64,000 nt of DNA from Macrostomum lignano (taxonomy: Eukaryota): positions 248,001 through 312,000 of the forward strand of contig NIVC01000514.1 in assembly GCA_002269645.1 (NCBI GenBank), written 5' to 3'. The notes under the pieces are model-generated. The model saw only the letters and a program-made list of their open reading frames with translations. It made no database searches and was not told where the DNA came from. How positions within the stretch are numbered: the stretch's first letter is position 1; the number at the start of each line of letters is the position of its first letter. Shown one piece after another: positions 1-13,667 of this stretch. Both the position numbers and the translations under genes were made by a program.

Positions 1-929
1 TATTACCTGCTTAAGCAGTTAGCACAGAGTCAATTGTTTTTATATGATGAATAATTGGTTTCAAATCTATTAGTATTATGTCATAGACGACATAGAGTTT
101 ATATAGACTCAATAGCTACAAGTTGCAAATTAATAGTAGAGAAACAGTCATATACCAATTTATCTAATAGAAATCTTAAATCTGATATCTATTTATTATA
201 AAATAGCTCAGTTCTTAATTGCCCATATTGCGGAAGGTTTTCTGTGTACGCCAGACACATTTTTATTGAATTTTCAATTGTACACCAACAGATTTTAAAT
301 GTACACCAACTTAAAAAATGGTAAAAAAATCAACAAATATTTAAATTTAAATTCAAACTACAAAAAATGATAACCACATGACGATTGTCGTGACAATTCC
401 AATAATTAAAATGATTGGTAAATGAGAAAATAGTAGCAGAAAAAAAGGTTTTTGAAATAACTTAACACAGAAAAAGCACAAAAAAATATTTATATTAATT
501 TCTATGCCAGTCGCCATATACCACACTGTACGCCACACTGTACACAGCCAAGAAATGTATGCTGGTATATGTACACCATAGAAATCAAGTGTACGCGGGA
601 ATTTTCCGGCGTATACCCCACTATCCGCAAAATGGTTAATTGCTAATATATTATATAACGCACTATTATATCTAGGCCTATTATATATTTTTAAAGATTC
701 CTTTTTATAATAAATGTTAAATTTCTAAATAGGCCCTAAATTGAACAAAAAATTTGATAATCATTTAGTTTGTTATATTACACTAAAGTAGGCCTAATAA
801 GAATTTTAGAAACTTATTTAAAATATGTTTCTATCATATTTAATAAATATTTATAATTCTATGCTATTTACTAGTATACAACTATTTATTTTTGTTTAAT
901 ACTATTTATATTGTGCCAAATATATCAAG

Positions 930-1260
930 GGCCTATCAACTTAAGCTTATAAAGTGAAACCCAAATAACCTATGTACACAAATTATGTCATTATGTTTAC
1001 AATGATACTAGAAAGCTGGATTTGACAAAAAATTATAAAAAAGGACTTGTGATAGAAGAGAACAAGCAAGGGGATAATTAAGGACTTTTATGTAAGATGA
1101 AATCTCAATAATTGTCTTTGCTTGTTCTCTTCTATCCCAGGTCTAATTTTTGTAATTTTTTGCCAAATCCAGCTTCCTAGTGTCACTGTGAGCAGAATGA
1201 CATATCATTTGTGTGCATAGATTACTTGGGCTCCACTTTATGAGCTTCAATTGCTAGGCC
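930..1260. mobile_element. Foldback/MITE-like palindromic element (~330 bp)
   Basis: 930-1078 (ggcctatcaacttaagcttataaagtg...gatagaagagaacaagcaag) is the imperfect reverse complement of ~1110-1260 (cttgcttgttctcttctatc...ctttatgagcttcaattgctaggcc). No clear TSD. Confidence 0.7.
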
Positions 1261-1456
1261 ATTTATATGCTAGCTTCTGAGCCTTTATTTAAGTCTACTA
1301 GAACTTCTAAAATATTTTTATTTCTTGACTGGCTAATTTAGTGTTGGTGAAAAGAGAAATCATGAAGCCAATGCTTCTATTAAATTGATTTTGTCTCATT
1401 TGTTATCAATGCTTTTTATCCCCAGCAGTGCTGCATTCGCCATCAAGCCAGGCCCC

Positions 1457-4400
1457 ATGATAAGCAGTTGCCAGGCCCTGCTTAGTGGCAAATGGAAAAA
1501 GCGACGCCGCCTGCTGCAGGCCACCCTATGGCTGGGCATGCAGATTGCAGGCAGCAGCTGCATGCACTACACTGCTCTCAATGTGATGCAGTGGGATGCC
1601 AGCTTCCAGTGGGCTGGCGGGGCTGCTCAGGGACTCAGCTATGCTCTGGTTATCAGCGGTGAGCTTGTGCCAACTGAACTTGAATACCTGATGTGGCACC
1701 TCATGCCATTGATTGGCGTCTCAGATCTGTGGCTGGGATTCATTCTCAATGCATAGTGGCGTCTCTCAGCTCCACAATGGCGTCTCTCAGATCCATAATG
1801 GCGCCTCTCCAATCCATGATGGCGCCTCTCCAATCCATAATGGCGCCTCTCCAATCCATGATGGCGCCTCTCCAATCCATAATGGCGCCTCTCCAATCCA
1901 TGATGGCGCCTCTCCAATCCATGATGGCGCCTCTTTAATCCATGATGGCGCCTCTCCAATCCATAATGGCGCCTCTCCAATCCATGATGGCGCCTCTCCA
2001 ATCCATGATGGCGCCTCTCCAATCCATAATGGCGCCTCTCCAATCCATAATGGCGCCTCTCCAATCCATGATGGCGCCTCTCCAATCCATAATGGCGCCT
2101 CTCCAATCCATGATGGCGCCTCTCCAATCCATGATGGCGCCTCTTTAATCCATGATGGCGCCTCTCCAATCCATAATGGCGCCTCTCCAATCCATGATGG
2201 CGCCTCTCCAATCCATAATGGCGCCTCTCCAATCCATGATGGCGCCTCTCCAATCCATAATGGCGCCTCTCCAATCCATGATGGCGCCTCTCCAATCCAT
2301 GATGGCGCCTCTTTAATCCATAATGGCGCCTCTCAAATCCATGATGGGGCCTCTCCAATCCATAATGGCGCCTCTCCAATCCATGATGGCGCCTCTCCAA
2401 TCCATAATGGCGCCTCTCCAATCCATGATGGCGCCTCTCCAATCTATAATGGCGCCTCTCCAATCCATGATGGGGCCTCTCCAATCCATAATGGCGCCTC
2501 TTTAATCCATAATGGCGCCTCTCCAATCCATAATGGCGCCTCTTTAATCCATGATGGCGCCTCTCCAATCCATAATGGCGTCTCACAGTTCAACAATGGC
2601 AGCCTTAGATCTCTTATTGAGGCTAGATATAATTTCCCCGAAATTGCGAAAAAATTTTGTTTTAAATACAAGCCATTTTCCGGAATCATTTTGTCTGCAC
2701 TTTTCTTCAGTGCTGATTGACGCCCTGCCACTGGCTGGCGGCTGGCTGGGCGACGAGCGCGTGTCCAAGTTCAAGCTGCTGGCTGCGGGCACCGTGCTGT
2801 ACGTTATTGGTGAGTACATGGTGTCTCGCACTCTTAATAATTACATTTTATACTAAATGCTAAATATCGGATTTCACTAAGAAAAATTAATTTATCATAT
2901 TCCAGGCTGCACTTTTATACTGCTGTCCACTCTCAGCTTTGGCCCTGCCGAAGACTCTGCCGTGAGTTTTGTGTGCCCAACTTTTCCCAGATATCCGGCA
3001 GTCCGACACAACCACCCGCTGAGATCTTCCACCTTCCCACTGAGATTTCCCACCCTCCCACTGAGAGCTCCCACCCTCCCACTAAGATCTCCCACTCTCC
3101 CACTAAGATTTCCCACCCTTCCACTGAGATCTCCCACCCTTCCACTGAGATCTCCCACCCTTCCACTGAGAGCTCCCACTCTTCCACTGAGATCTCCCAC
3201 CCTCCCACTGAGATTTCCCACCCTCCCACTGAGATCTCCCACCCTCCCACTGAGATCTCCCACCCTCCCACTAAGATCTCCCACTCTCCCACTGAGATCT
3301 CCCACCCTCCCACTGAGATTTCCCACCCTCCCACTGAGATCTCCCACCCTCCCACTAAGATCTCCCACCCTCCCACTAAGATCTCCCACCCTCCCACTGA
3401 GATTTCCCACCCTTCCACTGAGATCTCCCACCCTCCCACTGAGATTTCCCACCCTTCCACTGAGATCTCCCACCCTTCCACTGAGATCTCCCACCCTTCC
3501 ACTGAGATCTCCCACCCTTCCACTGAGATCTCCCACCCTTCCACTGAGATCTCCCACCCTTCCACTGAGATCTCCCACTCTCCCACTGAGATCTCCCACC
3601 CTCCCACTGAGATTTCCCACCCTTCCACTGAGATTTCCCGCCCCACGCTGAGATTTCCAACCTTCTCGCTGAGATATCGTACCTTATCGTTAAGATATCC
3701 TATACTTTCACTCTTTCCGAGTGAGATCTCCATGAGAGTGAGATCTCGGTAAGTATGAGATCTCACAGTGACTACAAGATAGCCTCCCTGCCGCCGCAGG
3801 TCCGGCAGTTCCTGCTGATCCTCGGTCTGCCGCCATTCGCCGTGGCCGCCCTTTGCAGCCGAGCCGTGGCACCCGCCCTGCTGCTGCAGCAGCTGAAGCG
3901 GCACTTCTGCTCCAGCATCTTCAACTGCGTCACCTGGTGAGTGGCTGATTTGCTTCGAGTTTTGATCACCTGCCCAGCTTCCAAAGCCTCCATCGCTAAC
4001 TCGAACCCCCGCGCAGGTACTACTGCTGCTTGAACCTCGGCGCGCTGGTCTCAGATGCGATAGTCTATGGCTCAACTCCCTACGTGGACTCCCGGAAGCT
4101 CGGCCCGCTGATCTTCGCCGCCGCTGCTGCTGCCTTCGCCGGCCTCGCCTGCGGCCTGCCCTGGATTCGAGAGTTGCCGCCCAGTGACTGTGAGCTGCCG
4201 CTGCCGCTGTTTGATTTCTGCTGCGTTCGTATTGCTTTTAAACCGGTCCTCAGCTGACTCTTGTCCTCATTCTGTTTTCATCTGCTGGTTCCCACCGCCA
4301 CGCCCAGCTGATCCTTACATAGGTAGTACTCAACTGTCCTCCACTGGTCCTCCTCAAGTAGTACTCAACTGGTCCTCCTCAAGTAGTACTCAAATGGTCC

Positions 4401-5198
4401 TCCTCAAGTAGTACTCAACTGGTCCTCCACTGGTCCTCCTCAAGTAGTACTCAACTGGTCCTCAAGTAGTCCTCCACTGGTCCTCAAGTAGTCCTCGACT
4501 GGTCCTTCACTAGTACTCAACTGGTCCTCAAGTAGTCCTCCACTGGTCCTCAAGTAGTCCTCGACTGGTCCTCAAGTAATCCTCAACTGGTCCTTCACTA
4601 GTACTCAACTGGTCCTCAAGTAGTCCTCCACTGGTTCTCCACTGGTCCTCAAGTAGTACTCAACTGGTCCTCAAGTAGTCCTCAACTGGTCCTCAAGTAG
4701 TCCTCAACTGGTCTTCAAGTAGTCCTCATTCAATCCTCACCCGCCGCCTCCCATCCCTCAGCGCCGTGGTCTTCGGCTCCGAACGACCTATTGGGACGTC
4801 GCCGCCTTCGCTCCAAGCATCATCCGGCCGTTGCAGCCGCGGAGCCGCCTGCGGCAGCCTCGGTGGAGGAGGACCCCAGCGCCTGCCTGTTCCGCTGGGG
4901 CCTGCTGGCCATCCTGGCCTGCTGGGTGGCCATCTTCACTCAGGTCTGCCCCCTCACTGGCTGAGGCTGACTGCCTCACTGCTCTCTGACTTACCCGCTC
5001 CTTCGCCCCGCTCATCACCAGATGACCAGCTGCCTCGACCTGCAGCTGCGCTCCATGCCTGGCGGCTGGCAGCAGCAGCAACAGCACCATCTCTACAGCC
5101 TGTGCGACCCCGGCTTCGTGTTCCTGCTGGCGCCCCTGCTGTGCTGGGCCAGCAGCCGCTTCTTCAAGCTGCACCACATGGCCTGGCGCTTCGGTGAG

Positions 5199-5232
<34 letters not shown>

Positions 5233-5381
5233 GTGTCTGTCCTGTCTGTCTGTCTGTCTGTCTGTGTGTCTGTCTGTGTGTCTGTCCTGTCTGTCTGTCT
5301 GTCTGTGTGTCTGTCCTGTCTGTCTGTCTGTCTGTGTGTCTGTCTGTCTGTCTGTGTGTCTGTCTGTCTGTGTGTCTGTCC

Positions 5382-5440
<59 letters not shown>

Positions 5441-5461
5441 GTGTCTGTCTGTCTGTCTGTG

Positions 5462-5497
<36 letters not shown>

Positions 5498-7069
5498 AGC
5501 TCTACAATCCGCCCCGCAACTCCCTCAGGCATCGGCCAGCTGGTGCTGGCGGCCAGCGCTCTGGTGGCGGCGGTGACCGAATTTGCCCGCGACCGCTCGG
5601 CCTATCAGCCGCCCATCGTCCTGCCTGCCTACCTGCTGATGGCCCTGTCCGAGATCCTCGTTATTGTGTCCGGTGCGCATTTGGGATCACGTGTTCCCCC
5701 AAAGACCCGACCTCTGATTCTGACTCTGCAGCTGATTGTTCCAGCTTGATCCCCAGCCCCAAATCCTCAATCCTGATTGTTCCATAATCATACTTGTTTT
5801 TCCGAGATATCTTCTCCCTGATCCCAGTTCTGTGATTTCTACCCAAATCCCTTATAGTTTAAATACTGTCTGTAGTTCTAATCCCACCTTGATCCCAATC
5901 ATGACTCCTAATGAGATAGGATTCTCCTAATTCTATATGATCACAATCCCATCATCTTCTGTTCTCCATCAATACCGCAGGCTACGAGATCCTGGTGCTG
6001 CTCACCCGGCCCAGCCGCCTCGGCAGCACCATCGGGCTTTTCATTCTGTTCTTCGCCATCGGCCGGGCGCTCTCGTTAGGGCTCACAGCGGTGTTCGTTG
6101 CCCGTGAGTAGGGGCAGAGCAGCTGAGTAGGGGCAGAGCAGCTGAGTAGGGGCAGAGCAGCTGAGTAGGGGCAGAGCAGCTGAGTAGGGGCAGAGCAACT
6201 GAGTAGGGGCAGAGCAGCTGAGTAGGGGCAGAGCAGCTGAGTAGGGGCAGTGTAGCTGAGTAGGGGCAGTGTAGCTGAGTAGTGGCAGAGTAGCTGAGTA
6301 GGGGCAGAGTAGCTGAGTAGGGGCAGTGTAGCTGAGTAGTGGCAGAGTAGCTGAGTAGTGGCAGAGTAGCTGAGTAGGGGCAGTGTAGCTGAGTAGTGGC
6401 AGAGTAGCTGAGTAGGGGCAGAGTAGCTGAGTAGGGGCAGAGTAGCTGAGTAGGGGCAGTGTAGCTGAATAGTGGCAGAGTAGCTGAGTAGGGGCAGAGC
6501 AGCTGAGTAGGGGCAGAGTAGCTGAGTAGGGGTGGAGCTTTGCCCAATGGTCTCTAGCTTTCTAGACTGGTGTTTTTTGAAGGCTACCCAGTTGGCGCAG
6601 GACTCAGAGGCTCCCAGCTGACTCTCCCTGCCTCCGCCCGCCCGTAGGCCGCTGGATCGCCCCGGCCAGCGCCTCTGCCGACCACCTGCAGCTCGGCTTC
6701 CTGCTGCTGTGCGGCCTCCAGCTGCTCGCCCTGCTGCTCTACTGCCTCCTCTGGCTGCGCCTCCGAGCCTCCCTCACCGCGCCGCTGCACCTCCTCAGCG
6801 ACTCCCTGCTGGGCCGGAGGCGCCCCTCCGACGCCGCGCGCCGACTCTCCGGCGCCGGGCGCGAAATTGCTAGCGCAGTTGGCGCCGCCGCAGCCACCGC
6901 CTCCGTGGCCTCCTCGTACGACGACTCCGACAGCGAGCTGAGCAGCAGCGAGGGGGGCTGGCGGCCGGGCCAGACTGCCGGGGCTTCCGGCTCGGAGGAC
7001 GCCTCAAGGTTGAGGAGACAGTCGGCTGGCGCGGTGCACCTGCAGGTGGCTGCGGATGTGCACGTCTGA
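1457..7069 (+). CDS. Divergent SLC15/POT (PTR2) family transporter, ~569 aa, 10 exons: 1457-1658, 2711-2809, 2906-2961, 3800-3936 (or 3779-), 4017-4189, 4762-4943, 5022-5193, 5529-5672, 5981-6103, 6648-7069
   Basis: All GT-AG junctions are phase-consistent. POT-like motifs: [29 protein letters not shown] (cf. FFNWFYFSINxGSLxS), WVAIFTQ (cf. FWALFDQ), [19 protein letters not shown]. The start ATG is uncertain (1409 or 1457, or an upstream exon). Confidence 0.8.
1757..2600. repeat. 21-bp minisatellite (ggcgcctctccaatccatgat), ~40 copies, SLC15 intron 1
   Basis: Direct tandem periodicity; accounts for ORFs 1639-2586, 1713-2720 and others. Confidence 0.95.
3020..3660. repeat. 21-bp minisatellite (ctcccaccctcccactgagat), SLC15 intron 3
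   Basis: Direct tandem periodicity. Confidence 0.95.
4322..4730. repeat. Irregular ~10-22-bp minisatellite (ctggtcctcaagtagtactcaa), SLC15 intron 5
   Basis: Recurrent ctggtcctc/caagtagt modules. Confidence 0.9.
5201..5498. repeat. (TGTC)n microsatellite, SLC15 intron 7
   Basis: Direct reading. Confidence 0.95.
6104..6530. repeat. 19-bp minisatellite (ctgagtaggggcagagyag) starting at the splice donor of SLC15 intron 9
   Basis: Period 19; the first unit begins gtgagt (true donor), later units ctgagt. Confidence 0.95.
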
Positions 7070-7665
7070 CAGTGGGATCTGTGCAGTCTGACAGTGGGAT
7101 TTGTACAGTCTGACAGAGGGATTTGTACAGTCTGACAGAGGGATTTGTACAGTCTGACAGTGGGATTTGTACAGTCTGACAGTGGGATTTGTACAGTCTG
7201 ACAGTGGGATTTGTACAGTCTGACAGGGAATTGTGCAGTCTGACAGTGGGATTTGTACAGTCTGACAGAGATTTGTGCAGTCTGACAGTGGGATTTGTGC
7301 AGTCTGACATTGGGATTTGTGCAGTCTGACAGTGGGATCTGTACAGTCTGACAGGGATTTGTGCAGTCTGACAGTGGGATTTGTACAGTCTGGCAGTGGG
7401 ATCTGTACAGTCTGACAGGGATTTGTGCAGTCTGACAGTGGGATCTGTACAGTCTGACAGGGATTTGTGCAGTCTGACAGTGGGATTTGTGCAGTCTGAC
7501 AGTGGGATCTGTGCAGTCTGACAGTGGGATCTGTATAGTCTGACAGTGGGATTTGTACAGTCTGACAGTGGGATTTGTACAGTCTGGCAGTGGGATTTGT
7601 GCAGTCTGACAGTGGGATCTGTACAGTCTGACAGTGGGATTTGTACAGTCTGACAGGGATTTGTG
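7064..7665. repeat. 22-bp minisatellite (gtctgacagtgggatttgtaca) overlapping the SLC15 stop codon
   Basis: Period 22 with 20-bp variants; the first unit contains TGA 7067-7069. Confidence 0.95.
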
Positions 7666-8114
7666 CAGCATATTAAATGTAAGGAAGGATGGTGTTGTGA
7701 ATTTTTGTCTACAATATGAATTTTTAGCGCCGATTTAGACATAATTCATGTTTCGCGGACTCTGATATTTATCGGCCTTGTCCAGCAGCAAGCTCGAGTC
7801 CCATTATCTGTTTATCACAGCGAATATTTTACTCCGTGTTACAGAGGTAGTCACGGAGACGGCTCTGTTTACAATTTTGCGCCTGTTTGCTGCTGCGTCT
7901 GCAGAGCGCAGCAAATGCCTACCTTTTTATCGACTTCAATTTTGGTCTAAAGATTCTGTCTTTCCTACTCTCAGTAGAAATACAAGCATGTTTTGATATC
8001 TTCTCGCGTTAATTGATAGAGCGCTGATTTTTTTAATTCAAATAGGAATGAATAACAGGTTCTAATCTTCAAGCGTGTTCCACTTCTTTTCTGCCCACGT
8101 GATTCAGCACAGTT

Positions 8115-8850
8115 GAATAAGAGCTGACAGCTCACTGAATACATGTAGGAGCTGACAGCTGACTGAATAAGAGCTGACACAGCTGACTGAAAAAGAGCTG
8201 ACACAGCTGACTGAATAAGAGCTGACACAGCTGACTGAATACATGTAGGAGCTGACAGCTGACTGAATAGGAGCTGACACAGCTGACTGAAAAGGAGCTG
8301 ACAGCTGACTGAATAGGAGCTGACAGCTGACTGAATAGGAGCTGACACAGCTGACTGAATAGGAGCTGACCGCTGACTGAATAGGAGCTGACACAGCTGA
8401 CTGAAAAGGAGCTGACAGCTGACTGAATAGGAGCTGACAGCTGACTGAATAGGAGCTGACACAGCTGACTGAATAGGAGCTGACCGCTGACTGAATAGGA
8501 GCTGACACAGCTGACTGAATAGGAACTGACACAGCTGACTGAATAGGAACTGACACAGCTGACTGAATAGGAGCTGACCGCTGACTGAATAGGAGCTGAC
8601 ACAGGTGACTGAATAGGAGCTGACACAGCTGACTGAATAGGAGCTGACACAGCTGACTGAATAGGAGCTGACACAGCTGACTGAATAGGAACTGACACAG
8701 CTGACTGAATAGGAGCTGACACAGCTGACTGAATAGGAGCTGACACAGCTGACTGAATAGGAACTGACACAGCTGACTGAATAGGAGCTGACACAGCTGA
8801 CTGAATAGGAGCTGACACAGCTGACTGAATAGGAACTGACACAGCTGACT
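8115..8850. repeat. 22/24-bp minisatellite (gctgacacagctgactgaatagga)
   Basis: Direct tandem periodicity. Confidence 0.95.
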
Positions 8851-9611
8851 GAATTCTTTGAAGTTGCTGACACAGCAAGCTGGATAGGGTTTGACAAAAC
8901 AGGCCAAGAAGCCGCACCTTGAGCAGCAGCCGATGCTCTCACTATTCAAAATGAGCTGAAAAAAGAAAAGTCCACGCCGATCCTGACAAGCGTCTTTGCC
9001 GCCCTCAGCAGGCAACAGGTTAAAGAGGAGCCACCTGTGTCATCAGGCCAAATCCAGCTCCTGTAGCAGCCTGCATGCTTGGCACTTGAGCTGCTGACTG
9101 TTGCCGGGGCGGGCAAATAAGGCTCGGCAGGCTGTGGATCGACCTGAGCAAACACTTGCCGCCTTTATTGTTCTGCTGCGACTTTCCCTCGATGGCCCCG
9201 CCGCAATTGTTTCCTGCGATCCCATCGGCAAGCCTCTGTGGGAAAATTCAACTCCTCTCGCCTTCTCATCAAACTGATAAGACGCTCCGGAGCTGAGTTG
9301 AGAGGATTCTTGCTTTCATTTCTTATTTTAGACAAATTTGCCCTGAGTGCCTGTGGGCGTGACCCGGTACTGGAGTCCGCAGCGCACCTGCTGAGCTGAT
9401 GGATAAGCGGCCGAGTCTGAGCACGACAGATGAGTGGCTTAGCAGCTTCTGCTGCTGCGCTCCCTGGGGACTGGCTAAGGGGAAAATAAGGGGTGGGGGA
9501 AGTAGGGTTGATAAGTCTTGGAGATTCGAGTTAAAGGAGATTAGTGGGCGATTCTGAGGCCTGAAAGCTGATGGAGAATGGGAGAGCTGGCCTGAGTGAA
9601 GGCGGCACGAA

Positions 9612-9900
<289 letters not shown>

Positions 9901-10271
9901 GATAATGCAGCATTTGAAAATTTCCAGTTCGTGAGAGCAGCTTTAGATTTCAAAAAAAGTTTTCAGTTTTCTGCGCTCCTGATCGAATCCGAGCGAGAAG
10001 GTGAGCGTGGATAATCCAGGTCGTTCTGGCCCATCACTGCAGATGTCCGGGTCATGTGGCTTCATTAATTGGCTGGCCAGATGCCCCTCATTAAAACAAA
10101 GATTTTTGTCTGGCTTTTAGACAAAAGTTGGCGAAATCAAAGAGCGGCTGCTGAGTGACGGCCCGGCCCGATCGATGGATGCCTCGCAGTCCTGTTTATT
10201 GTCGCGAGTTAACGAGCCTCTGAGCTCGAACTGAATGAGAGTCAGTTTCGAATTGGAAAATTGATGAGTGC

Positions 10272-11565
10272 GTCTGGTGTGTAACAGGTATGCAGTCTGG
10301 TGTGTAACAGGTATGCAGTCTGGTGTGTAACAGGTATGCAGTCTGGTGTGTAACAGGTATGCAGCCTTGTATGTAACAGGTATGCAGTCTGGTGTGTAAC
10401 AGGTATGAAGCCTAGTGTGTAACAGGTATGCAGTCTGGTGTGTAACAGGTATTCAGTCTGGTGTGTAACAGGTATGCAGTCTGGTGTGTAACAGGTATTC
10501 AGTCTGGTGTGTAACAGGTATGCAGTCTGGTGTTTAACAGGTATGCAGTCTGGTGTGTAACAGGTATGCAGTCTGGTGTGTAACAGGTATGCAGTCTGGT
10601 GTGTAACAGGTATGCAGTCTGGTGTGTAACAGGTATGTAGTCTGGTGTGTAACAGGTATGCAGTCTGGTGTGTAACAGGTATGCAGTCTGGTGTGTAACA
10701 GGTATGTAGTCTGGTGTGTAACAGGTATGCAGTCTGGTGTGTAACAGGTATGCAGTCTGGTGTGTAACAGGTCTCCAGCCTAGTGTTTAACAGGTATGCA
10801 GTCTGGTGTGTAACAGGTATGCAGTCTGGTGTGTAACAGGTATGCAGTCTGGTGTGTAACAGGTATGCAGCCTTGTATGTAACAGGTATGCAGTCTGGTG
10901 TGTAACAGGTATGAAGCCTAGTGTGTAACAGGTATGCAGTCTGGTGTGTAACAGGTATGCAGTCTGGTGTGTAACAGGTATGCAGTCTGGTGTGTAACAG
11001 GTATTCAGTCTGGTGTGTAACAGGTATGCAGTCTGGTGTTTAACAGGTATGCAGTCTGGTGTGTAACAGGTATGCAGTCTGGTGTGTAACAGGTATGCAG
11101 TCTGGTGTGTAACAGGTATGTAGTCTGGTGTGTAACAGGTATGCAGTCTGGTGTGTAACAGGTATGCAGTCTGGTGTGTAACAGGTCTCCAGCCTAGTGT
11201 TTAACAGGTATGCAGTCTGGTGTGTAACAGGTATGCAGTCTGGTGTGTAACAGGTATGTAGTCTGGTGTGTAACAGGTATGCAGTCTGGTGTGTAACAGG
11301 TATGTAGTCTGGTGTGTAACAGGTATGCAGTCTGGTGTGTAACAGGTCTCCAGCCTAGTGTTTAACAGGTATGCAGTCTGGTGTGTAACAGGTATGCAGT
11401 CTGGTGTGTAACAGGTATGCAGTCTGGTGTGTAACAGGTATGCAGTCTGGTGTGTAACAGGTATGTAGTCTGGTGTGTAACAGGTATGCAGTCTGGTGTG
11501 TAACAGGTATGTAGTCTGGTGTGTAACAGGTATGCAGTCTGGTGTGTAACAGGTATGCAGTCTGG
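10272..11565. repeat. 23-bp minisatellite (gtctggtgtgtaacaggtatgca), ~56 copies
   Basis: Period 23; variant units recur at multiples of 23 (offsets 506, 414, 161). Confidence 0.95.
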
Positions 11566-12589
11566 TCTCTAGCACAGGTATTACTTAAACTTAAACTCAA
11601 ACAAGTTCAAGTAGTCCCTGCTCTAGCAGGTATGCAGTCTGATACGTGTAGCAGGTGCAGTTTGTGCAGCGCACTATCAACCAGACTTATAAGATGTTCT
11701 GGCAGAAGTGCTCCCAAATCCTGCTACTCTGCACCTGACTGCGTAGCCACTTCGCTCCCGCAGCTCCCACGGACTCCAGCAGCTGCACAGATGATGCAGG
11801 AACTGTGAGAGCCTCTCAAACAGTTCCTTCCTCAACCAGCCCTTGAGCGCTTGGTCTCATTAAGTGCTGCTGCTACAGGACTCCTACAGCTGTCACCGGG
11901 CAGGCATCCCAAAGTCCCAATTTTCAGCAGCTGTGGGAGAATCGATGGCGCAAGGGGATAAGAGAAGGGCGGGAGTGAATAGGCGAAACTGAGACGATTA
12001 GCTGGGAGGCTGGGAAGCTGCTGAGAGCAGCGGCACGGCGCCCGCGCTGCCAAGTCAGGAAAAGCGGCAGCTGCCGGAGTGTCGCATCGATTCATCTTCG
12101 CGCACACTGCCCCATCCTGCATTCTGCCCAGCTTCCCAGCATCCCCCAGTCGGCCTCATCTCTCTCGGCCGGCCGTCACCTGCTTTGCATCGTCCCGAGG
12201 CTCGGCGCATCCAGCGGCTCCCCTGCTCGAGTGGCGGCCCCGACCTTTGCCGCCGGTCACCTCCAGCCCTCTAATTGCCGCCCTCCGATTGCGCAATCAG
12301 TTCAGCTGATCCTGCAGGCTGAGCTCTTCTCCCCTGTGCAGGAGGGGGCGGTCCCGGTCCCAACTCTAACTCTTATTGAGAGACATCGATTTTTTTAAAT
12401 CAACGGAATTCAAAATTGTACGAGCTAAATATAACTTTTTAACTGCGACATCAAAGTGGGCGCATCAAGGCTCGGGCTGCTTTATTGAATTTTCAGATCT
12501 GCGTTCGCCATCGCGACAAGGGAAATGTCCAGCAAATGTGCTTTAAGCTGCTTCACTCTTCTTCTGGGAGGCTCCGCTCAGCGGCTTAC

Positions 12590-12800
12590 TATTTGCCGAC
12601 GAATTCCGACATTCTCTTGCCGACAAATTCCGACATTCGCTTTCGACTCATTGGGCGTTTGCCAACAAATTCCGACATCCGTTTGCCGACAAATTCCGAC
12701 ATCCGTTTGCCGACAAATTCCGACATCCGTTTGCCGACAAATTCCGACATCCGTTTGCCGACAAATTCCGACATCCGTTTGCCGACAAATTCCGACATTC
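12590..12800. repeat. 24-bp minisatellite (ttgccgacaaattccgacatccgt)
   Basis: Direct tandem periodicity, ~8 copies. Confidence 0.9.
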
Positions 12801-12934
12801 TCTTGCTCTTGTAGTCGCGAGCCAGCTGGCGCAGTGGCAGCAGCCTCGCTAGCTCGTTTTCCTCGGCACCAGGGCCGTCCAGAGCGTCGGTATCTGACAA
12901 GTCAGTTTAGGAAGAGCAGCTTTAATGAGCAGTT

Positions 12935-13138
12935 TAGGTGAGCAGTTTAGGTGAGCAGCTGAGGCTATCAGTTTAGGTGAGCAGTTTAGTTTATCAGTTT
13001 AGGTGAGCAGTTTAGGTGAGCAGTTTAGGTGGCCAGTTTAGGTGAGCAGTTTAGGTGAGCAGTTTAGGTGAGCAGTTTAGGTGAGCAGTTTAGGTGAGCA
13101 GTTTAGGTGAGCAGTTTAGGTTATCAGTTTAGGTGAGT
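12935..13138. repeat. 13-bp minisatellite (gagcagtttaggt)
   Basis: Direct tandem periodicity. Confidence 0.9.
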
Positions 13139-13667
13139 GGGCAGAAGAGACGCAGCGCTGGTGTTGGATGATGTCCCAATGTCCCAATGTTAATTTATTC
13201 TTATGGTTGGTTAAATAGAAGGCTCACCAGGAAACTCCTCGTAGAGGCGACCGGCGGAGGCGAGGGCGAAAGCGGCGGCCAAAAACAGCAGCTGCCAAAC
13301 TGAAACGCCAAAATGCCAAATCCCAAACTTTATTAACTTTATCTGCGCTTCTACACTGCAGAATAATTCTTGTAAACTCACGGAGAGACCGAGCCATCGA
13401 ACCGGGCTGCTTCTGCTTGTATGGGAATGCAGACCAGTAAATAATGCGAGCTAAGAACTTGGCTTTTCGAGTTCGCTGAGCGGCCCGGCGGAGTCAGTGA
13501 GAACTCCATGGTGGGAGCCTCTGCACCAGCTTTTATTTTGGGACTTCGGATGTCCCCAGCCAGTCTCAGATCCTATTGGTCCGTCTCAGATCCCATTGGC
13601 CTCCCGCGGGCCTCATCGCATCAACATCGCAGATGCCCCCCCAGCCAGTTTGTCAATCAGTTTGGCA

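Noticed and set aside
222-635. Possible piggyBac-like MITE (ccatattgcgga ... tccgcaaaatgg ttaa)
   Set aside because: The inverted match is short and imperfect, and TTAA abuts only the right end.
5499-5528. Acceptor at 5498-5499 directly after (TGTC)n as the start of SLC15 exon 8
   Set aside because: It gives a frame with an early stop (TGA 5574-5576). The AG at 5527-5528 restores the POT-like frame.
10272-11565. CRISPR-like appearance of 23-37-bp repeats
   Set aside because: The units are head-to-tail with no unique spacers, there are no cas genes, and the context is eukaryotic.
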